DNA of 63,127 nucleotides, the filler included, from Octopus bimaculoides (Eukaryota): the NCBI RefSeq assembly GCF_001194135.2. It is 9 parts of 9 records of this genome, joined end to end, with 100 filler letters (N's around TTAATTAATTAA, not from the genome) between each part and the next. Parts side by side here need not be neighbours in the genome. Positions count along the whole stretch, not along the records: positions 46,641 to 51,263 come from NC_068984.1; positions 51,364 to 57,840 come from NC_068993.1; positions 57,941 to 60,576 come from NC_068985.1; positions 60,677 to 63,127 come from NC_068991.1; 5 more parts are not named here. The stretch is one strand, 5' to 3'. The position numbers and the translations under genes were made by a program. The notes beneath the pieces were generated by a model, which saw only the letters and a program-made list of their open reading frames with translations, was not told the DNA's origin and did not search any database. This document shows, piece after piece, positions 51,010 to 63,127 of this stretch. Every line of letters begins with the position of its first letter. Positions within the stretch are counted from its first letter, which is position 1.

Positions 51010-51263
51010 GACTTACTCTTTTACTCTTTTACTTGTTTCAGTCATTTGACTGCAGCCATGCTGGAGCACCGCCTTTAGTCGAGCAAATCAACCCCGGGAC
51101 TTATTCTTTGTAAGCCCGGTACTTATTCTATCGGTCTCTTTTGCTGAACTGCTAAGTGACGGGGACATAAACACACCAACATTGGTTGTCAAGCAATGCT
51201 AGGGGGACAAACACAGACACACAAACACACACACATATATATATACATACATACGGTGGGCTT
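51010..51263 (-). mobile_element. Family-A SINE 3' half
   Basis: TTTTACTTGTTTCAGTCATTTGACTG...GGGGGACAAACACAGAC; runs into a linker gap. Confidence 0.85.
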
Positions 51264-52129
51264 NNNNNNNNNNNNNNNNNNNNNNNNNNNNNNNNNNNNN
51301 NNNNNNNTTAATTAATTAANNNNNNNNNNNNNNNNNNNNNNNNNNNNNNNNNNNNNNNNNNNNATGGAGGATAATATGCTGAACCCAACTACTTGCAGAC
51401 GGTGTATCCCGTTGAATTCATTAATTTAATTCATAGCAAAAGTGACAAAAAAAGGGGAGAAAAGAAAAAGAAAGAAAGAACCAAAGCACAGGTGTCTATG
51501 GCAGACTATGTTATTTTGCCAACATGGTTTACATATAGAAGTACAAAGTACATAAGGAATTAGAGGATGAACAGAAGTTTAATCTTACAGCTGTTTCGGC
51601 CTAGTTTTAGCAAGCCCCATTCTATCCGAATATTCCTTTCCGGAGTGATTATCGGATGACATTTTGAAATGGGGTTACATGCCCGAACCATGTAAAAGAA
51701 TAAAAGAATATATATATACATACATATGTATATATACATGCATATATACATGCATACACACACATACACATACACACATATATCGTGTGCACAGATGTAC
51801 GACTACTACTGTATGAGTTAAAGTTCAACGTAGATTATTATCATCCAATCATTTTCCCAATATAGTGGTTAGTCTGCTACTGTACATAAAAGTGTTAATA
51901 GTAGAAAATGAGATGAACACAAGTATAACTTATTAGCTCCTACGTACGTTTCCCAATTGTAGTTATTTGGAACTCAACACTAGATGTTCCCAGCACACAT
52001 GATATTAGATGTCTGTAACAGGCTGCGATAAAGTGTTTCCCTGATGATCCATTCCGGTTGGACATTCAAATACACTTGGGACACCCAATGTCATCATTTA
52101 AACTATGGTCTTCCCAATTCCATACTGGG

Positions 52130-52475
52130 TATGTATGTATGTAAAGCTGGGCTTATGAGTCATCTTCGTAGTCATGAAGCAAGACCGATGATTGACTACC
52201 AGGCCGCTGGTGATGATGCTACACACCATACTAATCATGTCTGTTGGGCATGTGGAAGGGAGTGTGATTCAGCAGGAGGACTAAAACGACACGCAAAGGT
52301 ACATGGAGCCCAATTACAACAACAGCCAGCTACTGCCAGTAAAGGTTTTGGATGGCAACTCTGTGCAAGACATTGTAGACCTTTGGCTGGGCTAAAAAGT
52401 CACATTCGATCACAGCACCGTTAAGTTAAGCTTCGTGCAATGCCCATACTCGATAACGAGGGGTCAGCCATCAGA
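52130..52475 (+). pseudogene. RTE-type LINE 3' end encoding tandem C2H2-like fingers
   Basis: CKAGLMSHLRSH; CWACGRECDSAGGLKRHAKVH (C-x2-C-x12-H-x3-H); WQLCARHCRPLAGLKSHIRSQH (x12-H-x4-H, first C replaced by W); stop at 52424, short 3' UTR, (TATG)n tail. Confidence 0.7.
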
Positions 52476-53324
52476 TATGTATGTATGTATGTATGTATGT
52501 ATGTTATCAATCAGTTTCATTTCTGTATTTCTTGTCCATAGAGAAAGAGCCGGACTCTAACATAGATTCAAGGCTCCTTCATTGGAACTTTTATCAACAT
52601 CATCTAGGTATTTGTGCATATGTGTGTGTGTGCAGTATTTGGTGTTAGTGTATGCGCAGATTTGTATGTTTGTTTTATGGATGCGTTTTTATGTCTAGAT
52701 GCATGCATATGTATTTATGTGCTAAATTTTTGGAAAGTTTTACATATCTTTACAGTTCCATTGATGGCGCCTGCATGTATGTATGTTTGCATATTTATTG
52801 TATATTAATATGGTGATGGTCTCATCTTGTCAGATGATAGTCGTCTCACATTCAAATGATAGTGTGACATCTGTACATCACTGGATTTCAGTGACTAAAG
52901 CTTGTACAACATTTCTGCCGCTCTCTCGGTCGCCTAATAGGTTCCAGTGACTAGCATTGCAAGATGAGTGCTACTGTTTTGACTGCAAGTTTCATGTCTG
53001 CGTATCTTTCTCCTGCAAGAGCTTCCTTCCCGACAGCTTTGCCTACTCTTACCCTCTTGAAGGGATCCTGATTGGTACTAGCGTTTCGGGTCAAAATGGG
53101 CCTGGAAATAATGTAATTGTCCCCCTGTACAATGACAACAGAGGTACAAAGTTTAACGTGTTCCTTCCCAATGATGGTGTAATTTGATTTGAGTGAGATT
53201 TAGTAGGTCGAGCCACTCTACAGATGCTACCTTCTTGGTTAGTGTGTGTGTGCGTGTATGTGTCTCTGTGTGTGTGTGTGTGTGTGTGTATGTGTGTGTG
53301 TATGTGTGTGTGTATGTAATTCTT

Positions 53325-53458
53325 TTATTTGTTTTAGTCACTTGACTGCGGCCATGCTGGAGCACCGCCGTTAGTCGAACAAATCGACCCCAGGACTTAT
53401 TCTTTGTTAGCCTAGTACTTATTCTATCGGTTCTTTTGCCGAACCGCTAAGTTACGGG
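53325..53458 (-). mobile_element. Family-A SINE 3' part
   Basis: GACTGCGGCCATGCTGGAGCACCGCC...GCCGAACCGCTAAGTTACGGG; CpGs intact. Confidence 0.85.
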
Positions 53459-53795
53459 NNNNNNNNNNNNNNNNNNNNNNNNNNNNNNNNNNNNNNNNNN
53501 NNNNNNNNNNNNNNNNNNNNNNNNNNNNNNNNNNNNNNNNNNNNNNNNNNNNNNNNNNNNNNNNNNNNNNNNNNNNNNNNNNNNNNNNNNNNNNNNNNNN
53601 NNNNNNNNNNNNNNNNNNNNNNNNNNNNNNNNNNNNNNNNNNNNNNNNNNNNNNNNNNNNNNNNNNNNNNNNNNNNNNNNNNNNNNNNNNNNNNNNNNNN
53701 NNNNNNNNNNNNNNNNNNNNNNNNNNNNNNNNNNNNNNNNNNNNNNNNNNNNNNNNNNNNNNNNNNNNNNNNNNNNNNNNNNNNNNNNNNNNNNN

Positions 53796-53860
<65 letters not shown>

Positions 53861-54229
53861 CATACACACACACACACACACATGTGTGTGTGTGTGTGTA
53901 TGTGTATGTGTGTGTATGTGTGTATGTGCATGTGTGTGTATGTGTATATGTGTGTATGTGCATGTGTGTGTATGTGTATGTGTGTGTGAAATGTATGTGT
54001 GTGTCGTGCGTATGTTCTATATTTGCATGTTAAGTCGACGATAAGTGAAACTATTTAGTATTGTAATGTCAAACTGAGAAGGAATGTCTGTGTCCATTAA
54101 AAATGGAGGTGTGAACTCTCAGTCTCAGCTTGGAGTCGACTGGAATGGCGGAATTAGCTGAATGATTTCGCAACACTCTCACTTCATTTCGCCACCAACG
54201 CAATAATAGTGGTATATTTGTAGTAGTAG

Positions 54230-54440
54230 CGATGGTGTTGGCGGTGGTGAGTTTATTGTTGGAGATGATGATGCTAGTGGTGATGATGGTAATGGTAATG
54301 ACGATGGTGCTAATGTCGGTGATGGTGGTGGTGATGAAGGTGGTAGTGTGATGATGGTGGTGTTGGGAATTGTGGTGATGATGATGATGATGACGACGAT
54401 GGTGGTAGTGGTTGTAACTGGTGAGTGTGGTGATGGTTGA
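54230..54440. repeat. Imperfect (GGT/GAT)n trinucleotide tract
   Basis: Direct observation; explains the His/Thr-rich ORF 54069-54452. Confidence 0.85.
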
Positions 54441-54634
54441 CATTATCTTCAAGTTTCGTTTATTTTGTTTTTTCTGGTATTAAAGTTGATGTAGAGATAG
54501 ACAGATAGACCGCTACATAGATAGATAGGTCGCTACGTAGATATGTAGATATTAGACACACGAACATATTCCCATACACGTGCACACGCACTTATAAATA
54601 TGTCATTTGAAGGAGATTAAAAGTAGCAAAAATC

Positions 54635-54683
<49 letters not shown>

Positions 54684-55078
54684 AACATTAAGAGAGTAAA
54701 GGGAAAGAAAGGATAAAAGAATAGAGAAAGATAAAACAAGGAAAGAGAGAGAGAGAGAGAAAGAGAAGAAAAAGAGAGAGAAGATTGCATTGAGAACAGT
54801 TAAAACCTGTGATGTAGGCAAAATAATCTGCGTTTATTAGCGATGAAATAGGAAGAAAATAAACGCAGAGGGTAATGAAAAGTTATAGGCAACGGAAAAC
54901 AAAGCTTAAGTTAAAATTGGCTTAAATAGAAGACTTTTCATCAGCTCTGGGCCTTGAGGTCATGGCGATTTCGACACCTCAGGACAGTATAGCTATCTGC
55001 AGCGGTGCTAGTAGCTTCAAAGAGGAGTACCACTGAGTGGGGGGTAACAGCGTAGTATATGTGTAATTCCAATTCATG

Positions 55079-55131
<53 letters not shown>

Positions 55132-55170
55132 ATCTGTCTGTCTACATACATACATACATACATACATACA

Positions 55171-55206
<36 letters not shown>

Positions 55207-55500
55207 TATGTATACCTTGCAGTTGCTGTTTCAGCTCTTTGCGATCTCTGTTTAGAGCCCACCAAAGCCGGCTTTACTTTTCATCCTTTTAGTGTCTATG
55301 AAACAAAGCAGCAAGGCACCAGTCAAGCTCGGCTTTACTTCGTCCCATCTCCAATTTTTAGCCTCTTACCATCATGAGAACCATCATTATTTCGTGTCTT
55401 TATCGAATGTTTTATATATGTTTTTGAAAAATCTTCCAAAGAAAAAGAGTTCTTGGCATCTTCTTGGATTAGAAAGACTGAGAATTGAAATACCCTAGAG

Positions 55501-55797
55501 CAGGGGTTTTCAAACTGTGGTCCGCGGACCACAGGGGGTCCGCAAGGACAAGACAGGGGGTCCGTAGACAACAAATACTTTTTATGGGCAATTTGATTTT
55601 ATATATGTTTATTAATCGAAATCTTTTAATTGACAATAAACCTATTTGTTAAATACTGTTAAATAAATAAATGTAAAAATATATGTTATTTTAAGCAAAT
55701 ATTTATGTATAAATTTCATAAGCGTTTATAAGGGGGTCCCTAAGGTAAAGTCTGAAATATAAAGGGGTCCGCAAGTCAAAAAGTTTGAAAACCCCTG
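55501..55797. mobile_element. hAT (Charlie/Buster-like) MITE
   Basis: Perfect 15-bp TIRs CAGGGGTTTTCAAAC / GTTTGAAAACCCCTG; perfect 8-bp TSD CCCTAGAG. Confidence 0.95.
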
Positions 55798-56246
55798 CCC
55801 TAGAGGACAGAACACGCAACTTAAGACAAGGTCCGACTTGCTATACAAGTTGCAACCAAACTCACCTCAAAGCACACCATATCATCTTGAAGGAGGGATA
55901 TAATGGACATACTGTGTGGATGATAGATGAAATGCTTTTGCCTTCTTGGTCAGTGCTGAGCGGAGGCTAAACAACAACAACAACGACAACAACAACTTGA
56001 ATGAGTTAAATGTTTTCGATGCGGGATGAGAGATTGTCTTCGGCCACTTCATACTTCAGAAACAACACTAGTTTCCTTTGTCAAGAAATGGGTTCTATAC
56101 AATAAAAAAAAAAAAAAAAAAAATTGTGAAACGCGAAGTTCATGTTATTCCTTCGCAAATGTATTAACGGTATCAATGAAATGAAACAAAGAGAAATGGT
56201 TTCACCTAGAAGTGAAATCGAACTCATGGTCTTGATTCCTCTAGAG

Positions 56247-56441
56247 CAGGGGTTCCTAACTGGTGGTTCCCGACACCCTGGGGGTCGTGAAGCCTTGGCA
56301 GGGGGGAGTCGCGTAGCCTTGCAAGAAGTAGGATAATATTAGTTAATTAAAATGTAAATCAAGCTGCTGATAGCAGGCGGTCGCACGGGTTTCAAGCTTT
56401 TGGATAAAGGGTCGCGAGTGCAAAAACGTTGAGAGCCGCTG
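56247..56441. mobile_element. hAT (Charlie/Buster-like) MITE, second family
   Basis: Imperfect TIRs CAGGGGTTCCTAAC / GTTGAGAGCCGCTG; perfect 8-bp TSD CTCTAGAG. Confidence 0.9.
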
Positions 56442-56999
56442 CTCTAGAGCTTATGGCTTTGTACAACAGTCATCCATAGATATTTATAGAAATCACGAAC
56501 TAACACAGGAGACTGCGTGTGGTAGTGAGACATACAAGGAATTGGAGCTAAATATCTCTCGAATCACGCACACGTATACACACATGTGCACACATACATA
56601 CATACACACGCACACACATTCCCATTACTGCCTTAAAGAAGACACATTTGATAATGATGTTTGCTACGGCCGAAATGTTTTTCACTGCTGATCTGTTCGA
56701 TTAGAATTAACCTGGAGCTTGTTTTTTGTTGCTTTATCAGGTGGAGAAGGGACAATGCCTATGACATTTTGCAGGGCATCTGGGACAGGTGGGAAAGAGA
56801 GAGGGTTGTACATTGGTTCAGGAACAGAGGTGCAAGCACATCTCCAAATATTGGGCGGGATGGGGTGGGGGTCAGTAAAAACGCTTTGATACATTCTCCT
56901 GAAAAACTTCATCGCCAAAACGAACAAAGGTAGAAACAGTTTTGGACTGATTTGAAACATTACTTTTCCATTATTCGATTTGTCTAATTTGATTTAGCT

Positions 57000-57320
57000 T
57001 TAACTTGTTTCAGTCATTTGACTGCAGCCTTGCTGGGGCACCGCTTTGAAGAGTGGTTTTAATCGAACAAATCGACCCAAGGACTTATTTTTTGAGGCTT
57101 AGTACTTCCCTTTTTGCTGAACCACTAAGTTATGGAGACGTAAACACACGAAGAACAGTTGTCAGGCAGTGGTGGTGAGACAAACACTGAAACAAAGACA
57201 CACACACACACACATAGATATACACAAATATATTTATGTATGCATATATATATATATATATACACGACAGGCTTCTTTCAGTTTCCTTCAACCAAATCCA
57301 CTCACAAAGCTTTGGTCTAC
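57000..57320 (-). mobile_element. Family-A SINE (head truncated)
   Basis: Family-A 3' body, internal (CA)/(TA) tract, GGCTTCTTTCAGTTTCC. Confidence 0.8.
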
Positions 57321-57444
57321 TCGATGCTATATCACCAAAGCAAAAGCCTATCTGCTTATAAGAGAGTGAACCCTGTCAAATATATTCAAAATGTCAGGTG
57401 GTGTTGTTAACACAAGGTTGGGTGACAAAATTTAGTGTACAAGT

Positions 57445-57680
57445 CTTATTTCTTTGTTGTCCACAAGGGGCTAAACATACAGGGGACAAACAAGGACAGA
57501 CAAAGGGATTAAGTCGATTACATTGACCTCAGTGCGTAACTGGTTCTTAATTTATCGACCCCGAAAGGATGAAAGGCAAAGTCGAACTCGGCGGAATTTG
57601 AACTCAGAACGTAGCGGCAGGCGAAATATTGTTAAGCATTTCGCCAGGCGTGCTAACGTTTCTGCCAGCTCGCTGCCTTA
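57445..57680 (-). mobile_element. Family-B SINE variant
   Basis: Minus strand GCAGCGAGCTGGCAGAAACGTTAGCACGCC...GAGTTCAAATTCCGCC. Confidence 0.8.
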
Positions 57681-57982
57681 CAACACAAGTAGACCATGAT
57701 GGCGTTTGAACACAGAATACAAAGATACCGAAGAAAAACTGCAATATTTCTCGTCTGATGCTCCATCATTCCAACGCGCTAGATTGGTACAAATCATCAT
57801 CATCATCATCATCATCATCGTCGTCGTCGTCGTCGTCGTCNNNNNNNNNNNNNNNNNNNNNNNNNNNNNNNNNNNNNNNNNNNNTTAATTAATTAANNNN
57901 NNNNNNNNNNNNNNNNNNNNNNNNNNNNNNNNNNNNNNNNATATATATATATATATATATATAGAAAAACGCGTATATAAGC

Positions 57983-58329
57983 GCAGGCGTGGCTGTGTAA
58001 TAAGAAGCTTGCTCAACCTCAAGCGCATAATTCAGGGTTCGTTCTCAGTGTGTGGCACCTTGGGCAAATGTCCTCCACTCTAGCCTCGGGTTGTCTAAAG
58101 CCTTGTGAGTAGATTTCGTATCCGGAAACTGACAATAAGCTCGACATGTGTGTGTGTATATATATACATATAGGCGTGGCTGTGTGGTAAGAAGCTTGCT
58201 TTCCAACCACATGGTACTGGGTTCACTCCCACTGCGTGGCACTTTGGGCAAGTGTCTTCTACTATAGCCTCGGGCCGATCAAAACCTTGTGAGTGGATTT
58301 GATAGATGAAAACTGAAAGAAGCCCGTCG

Positions 58330-58330
<1 letters not shown>
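57983..58330 (+). mobile_element. Two tandem family-A SINE 5' halves
   Basis: GCGCAGGCGTGGCTGTG...GAAACTGAC, a (TG/TA) tract, then GGCGTGGCTGTGTGGTAAG...GAAAGAAGCCCGTCGTATA. Confidence 0.85.
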
Positions 58331-58369
<39 letters not shown>

Positions 58370-58849
58370 CATTCAATTCGAGGATATTAGATCCACATTA
58401 GGGATTATATAATCCCAAAAAATTCCACTAGTTAATCATTATCATATAATGAGAAAATCTCTGCGATATGTTAGGGATCATTGTAGTGATACATATTATT
58501 AATATTGAAAGAAAGAAAATGGACAAAGAGGGATGTATGAATAATTTATCTGTATGATATAAAGATGTTGAAATTTTTTAAAAATAACAATACAAATAAA
58601 TTATAAGTTGTAAAGCTCAAAAGGAAATAGGAGATGCCAAAAATACCAAGATGTATGTTTCAGTTCTAGCCCCTAGTTGACATGTAATTCTAAGCATTTG
58701 GTTATATGCTAAGAATGGTATCATTTTTAACTATATGAGGCAGAACTTCTTCAGGGTTACTTTGAGCTAACAGAACAAAGGTTAACATATTTCTTGAGAG
58801 GATGCATACAGAATTTTGTATGCGTCCTTTCAAGCAATATGTGTTATAA

Positions 58850-60076
58850 GCAAGGGAATCCGAGCTTTGGCGAGAGAGATGGGTACTGGAGTCACCACCA
58901 TGAAATTGGTTCTGAATGAGAACTGTCGCTGCCACTCGTACAAGAAGTGCAAGGGATAAATTCTGAAACAAAGCCTAAGAGAACCGCTTTATGAAGGCAA
59001 AGATACCCCTGAACAAGCTGATGAAATATTTGCCAGGATCAGTGTCACAACACCCAGAACAATAGGTGCCCTGCCTACAATCTATGTGATATTCCATATA
59101 TCATGAGAATCAACTTTCCTGAAACTGCGGTAGGTTTTAGGTGTCTCCAGTGATGGTGTCGTTATGCCGCTCCATACATTTGAACAAGGCCTTAGGCTCA
59201 ATTCAGACCCTGGAGACTATGGGCAAACCCTGCGTGGAGAGGGTTACTGCTGGAAAGCAATGTGTGGCAGAAGGATTCGGCTCCTTACCTTTACCATACC
59301 TCAGAAGAGAGTCAGAAGTGGTTGTTGAAGAATTTCTACGACTTCACCATCCCTAATTTCTGGTCTCCTAATTTCCCTGATTGCAATTCCATGGATTGCT
59401 GTGTGGGGGGTGCGGCCGAGAAAGACACCAACTGCTTTGCCTGTAAGAATAAGGCCGAACTGGTGGCCAAGATCAAGGTGTTTGTTTGATGATCTGCTCA
59501 GGAACACAGTAAGGAAACGCATGCGCCAGGTTTCGAAGCCGTCACAAAGCTGTGGTAGAAGCTGAGTATGCTGTTATCTCCCAGCCATTTTCTTGATTTT
59601 TAAAACGCTCTATTTTTGGATGTGGAGGTGCAATGGCCCAGTGGTTAGGGCAGCGAACTCGCGGTCATAGGATCGCGGTTTCGATTCCCAGACCGGGCGT
59701 TGTGAGTGTTTATTGAGCGAAAACACCTAAAGCACCACGAGGCTCCGGCAGGGGATGGTGGCGAACCCTGCTGTACTCTTTCACCACAACTTTCTCTCAC
59801 TCTTACTTCCTGTTTCTGTTGTGCCTGTAATTCAAAGGGTCAGCCTTGTCACACTGTGTCACGCTGAATATCCCCGAGAACTACGTTAAGGGTACACGTG
59901 TCAGTGGAGTGCTCAGCCACTTGCACGTTAATTTCACGAGCAGGCTGTTTCGTTGATCGGATCAACTGGAACGCTCGATGTCGTAAGCGACGGAGTGCCA
60001 ACAACAACAATTTTTGGATGGGGTTTTGTTTTCTTTTCCTTTTATACACACTGTCAAATGTAGCCTGAACATCTTG
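58850..60076 (+). mobile_element. DD37D (maT-like) Tc1/mariner element, interrupted by a SINE
   Basis: IRALAREMG...CHSYKK; QDQCHNT; VMPLHTFEQGL; WQKDSAP...PDCNSMD (39 residues D to D here, apparently with a small insertion); ends ...GAACATCTTG-TA after the SINE. Confidence 0.88.
59623..60009 (+). mobile_element. Full-length family-C SINE
   Basis: Near-identical to 38302-38691; 11-bp TSD ATTTTTGGATG (59612-59622 / 60010-60020). Confidence 0.93.
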
Positions 60077-60544
60077 TATGTATGTATGTATGTATGTATG
60101 TATGCATGCATGCTTGTATGCATATATGTAAATATATATAAATATTAATGTTTCGCTTAGCATAACAATTTTAATATCCTGGTGATAGTACTCAATACAC
60201 CCAGCTTTAGAATAAAGCATCAGTTGATTACAGAGCTTCACGTGAAATTAAATATATGACAAAGTAACTGGAAATTATGCAAAGAACTACAATAGCTTAC
60301 AGCTGTTCTCGCTATGGGGTAAAATGCACTCAGAGCTGAGTGCTTGTACTTCACCTCGTACCAGAAACAGCTGTAACGAAGTTCACTGCATAATTTCCTG
60401 TTCTTTTGTCATTTATTTAATTCATATGCATGTGTACCTGTGTATGTATGCGTGCGTGTGTATATATGCTTGCATGTATGTGCGTGTGTGTATGTATGTA
60501 TTAATATATATATATATATATATACATATACACGTACATATATG

Positions 60545-60576
<32 letters not shown>

Positions 60577-60929
60577 NNNNNNNNNNNNNNNNNNNNNNNN
60601 NNNNNNNNNNNNNNNNNNNNTTAATTAATTAANNNNNNNNNNNNNNNNNNNNNNNNNNNNNNNNNNNNNNNNNNNNTCTTTTCATCTATGATAGCTGCAA
60701 TTGGCAGGCAATTAAAGCAGTCTGTAAAAGTTTTCCATAGACGTACATTGAATCTTCGTTTACCTAGAGAAATTGAAATACAAACTCAAATATATGACTA
60801 TAAACCTTTATAACTTCTCTTGAATAAAAACCATTCAAAAAGTGAAGAAATAACATTAAATCATTATTTTTCAAAGTAAAACTTTAATATTATAGATTAT
60901 AATCAGACATTTCTGTGATATAATTCAAA

Positions 60930-61158
60930 CTAAACTGTTTAGCATTTAAATTGGCCATATCTGACCCAAATATTCTACTTGTTTTATGTTCAAATTGGCT
61001 AGACCTGGTTTCTCACACCTACCCTACAAATTCATTCTAAAAGTAAACAACTGCATCATTGAAATCTCAAAACTATGAGATGATGCATGATTTTAATTCA
61101 AAACAATGTGAATGGGTAAGCATTACATTTGATAGAATAATCAATGCTAAAGGGTCAA
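60930..61158. mobile_element. piggyBac-like MITE
   Basis: Degenerate ends CTAAACTGTTTAGCATT / AATGCTAAAGGGTCAA, consistent with TTAA-CCCTTTAGCATT termini. Confidence 0.6.
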
Positions 61159-61363
61159 TAATGAGCAACACATTACTAAAGTTACAAAGCAAGCTTCTTA
61201 TCCACATAACTACACCTGCACCTGAGGATCTTTTCTAGCAAAATCACATTCTTAACATAGCTACAGTTGCATTCCAATAACTGACCCTACACTTCAAGGT
61301 ACATGAAATACATGAAACCCCCAAATAATTCTTGATATCCTACAAAGCTCAGTGACAGGTCCA

Positions 61364-61438
61364 CTATGGAGTCTTGTCCCTGCATCTGAAATGTGCTTCT
61401 GGAGCAACCAAATCTTCAGCTTTGATCAACTGTTGATT
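61364..61438 (-). CDS. Candidate terminal coding exon, product unknown
   Basis: Strong acceptor GCTTGCATCTTTTACAG; phase-0 frame NQQLIKAEDLVAPEAHFRCRDKTP-stop; the other two frames stop within 8 codons. Confidence 0.4.
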   Translation of the reverse strand, partial: NQQLIKAEDLVAPEAHFRCRDKTP

Positions 61439-62403
61439 CTGTAAAAGATGCAAGCATTCACATATCTAGAATGGTGCTTCAGTCACACATGTACCAAGAT
61501 ATTCACAAATATGTTTCAACTACTAACCTTAGACTAGTGATTTCCAACATGGGGCATACACCCCCACTGGTGGGGCATGGGAGAATTGTGGTGGAACCTT
61601 TTCTTCCTTTTTTAATGGGGATGGAATTGTGAAAATCTTTTTTTTTTTTTCACAGCAAACATACTACACCTGTATTCAGCCTAGCCAAACCGATCCCTCC
61701 AACCAAGTACACTGTGTGAAGACTGTTTGCTACAGTATAAGTGCTATCTATTCTAATGCCCTAGGGTGGATATTTCTTTAAGGAAACTATATAATTATGA
61801 GAAGTCAATAAATTATTCTTTTTATGTTTGCCACCGGTAGAATATACATTCTTCTGGAAAGTTATAGTGGGAAAGAAATAGATTGGGAAACACTGTTTTA
61901 GACTTCTCTCCTCTGAACTAACTTACAGTGTACAACTTCCACCCAAGCTAACAGAAGATTAAGTTGAACATTAAACCTTATTCAATAGGCAATGGAACCA
62001 TTCCTCATCCTCTCACTAAATTATTTTTATAGCCGAGTGCTCTTTCTATCCTTAATTCACTCAACTACAAGGAAGTAGTAGAACTTATTTTATTATGTCA
62101 ATTAACAGCAGGACTGAGACATTTACATTGCACAGGAACACAACACAAAAACAGAAATAACAAGGTGGGAATTAATGGCTACATCATCAGTGACCTAGCA
62201 CCTTTGTTGTGTTTCTAATGAGAGATATAGTTATATATTAGATTTACTCACGTATAAGTCACACTCCTAATTTAGTGCTAAATCTTGGTATAAAACTTTA
62301 GCTTTGCCTTGTCAGAATCAAATATAATTTTCGTACGATTTATGAGTAAATATAGTGTGTGTGTAAATATATATGTATGTATGTGTGTGTGTATGTATAT
62401 ATA

Positions 62404-62553
62404 TCATCATCATCGTTTAACGTTCGCTTTCCATGCTAGCATGGGTTGGACGACTTGACTGAGAACTGGTGAAACCGGATGGCAACACCAGGCTCCAATC
62501 TAAATTTGGCAGAGTTTCTACAGCTGGATGCCCTTCCTAACGCCAACCACTCA
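62404..62553 (-). mobile_element. 3' tail of an RTE-associated SINE/LINE ending in (GAT)n
   Basis: Minus strand GGTTGGCGTTAGGAAGGGCATCCAGC...CATGGAAAGCGAACGTTAAACGATGATGATG. Confidence 0.65.
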
Positions 62554-62842
62554 ATATATATTCATATATAGTTATATTTTCCTTATGAAAGATACAGACC
62601 ACATAGAAGTGCTTAAGTCAAGCCTGAGACTTTAGATAATTATAATATATGGAATGGAGAAAGTTCAAATCAGGTAAACCACAATGAACAGATATGTGTA
62701 TGGATTTAATTAAGATAAAAATTGTCCAAAGGACATGTATTGATATATTAAAAATACATATAAAAATATATAAATATTAAAAATATATATGGACATATAA
62801 ATATATGAATATACAAACATAGTAATAATATAATGAAGTATA

Positions 62843-63127
62843 CGATTACTCTTACTCTTTTACTTGTTTCAGTCTTTTGACTGTGGCCATGCTGGAGCAC
62901 CGCCTTTTAGTTGAGCAAATCGACCCCAGGACTTATTCTTTGTAAGCCTAGTACTTATTCTATTGATCTCTTTTGCCGAACCGCTAAGTTACGGGGACAT
63001 AAACACACCAGCATCGGTTGTCAAGCGATGTTGGGGGGACAAACACACACATACAAACATACACACACACATACCTATATATATATATATACATATATAC
63101 GATGGGCTTCTTTCAGTTTCCGTCTAC
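62843..63127 (-). mobile_element. Family-A SINE, cut by the window end
   Basis: Family-A body with internal microsatellite. Confidence 0.88.

Noticed and set aside
52044-52424. Host C2H2 transcription-factor gene
   Set aside because: One finger truncated and one mutated, no linker consensus, and LINE-like 3' end with simple-repeat tail.

Overview
AT-rich, microsatellite-dense, gapped animal genomic DNA with no complete protein-coding gene. The SINE/MITE families look like octopus-type cephalopod repeats (inferred from recall, not from a search). Most of the window is decayed transposable elements: mariner, Tc1 and DD37D DNA transposons, hAT and piggyBac-like MITEs, RTE, CR1-like, L1/Tx1 and R4-like LINE fragments, Penelope-like elements (PLEs) and at least three tRNA-headed SINE families. 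A 6-kb CpG-rich satellite with a 51-bp unit occupies 15892-21943. Two isolated minus-strand exon candidates were found. Eight identical 44N-TTAATTAATTAA-44N linkers are assembly joins, so the blocks between them may not be neighbours. The strongest signal is a tRNA-headed element ending in a hammerhead-ribozyme-like motif, inserted as a head-to-head dimer inside one 12-bp target-site duplication (13178-13679). Three other repeat families here carry the same minimal hammerhead architecture with different, self-complementary stems. Almost all long ORFs in the supplied track are microsatellite, N-gap or satellite artefacts. All alignments and counts were done by eye.
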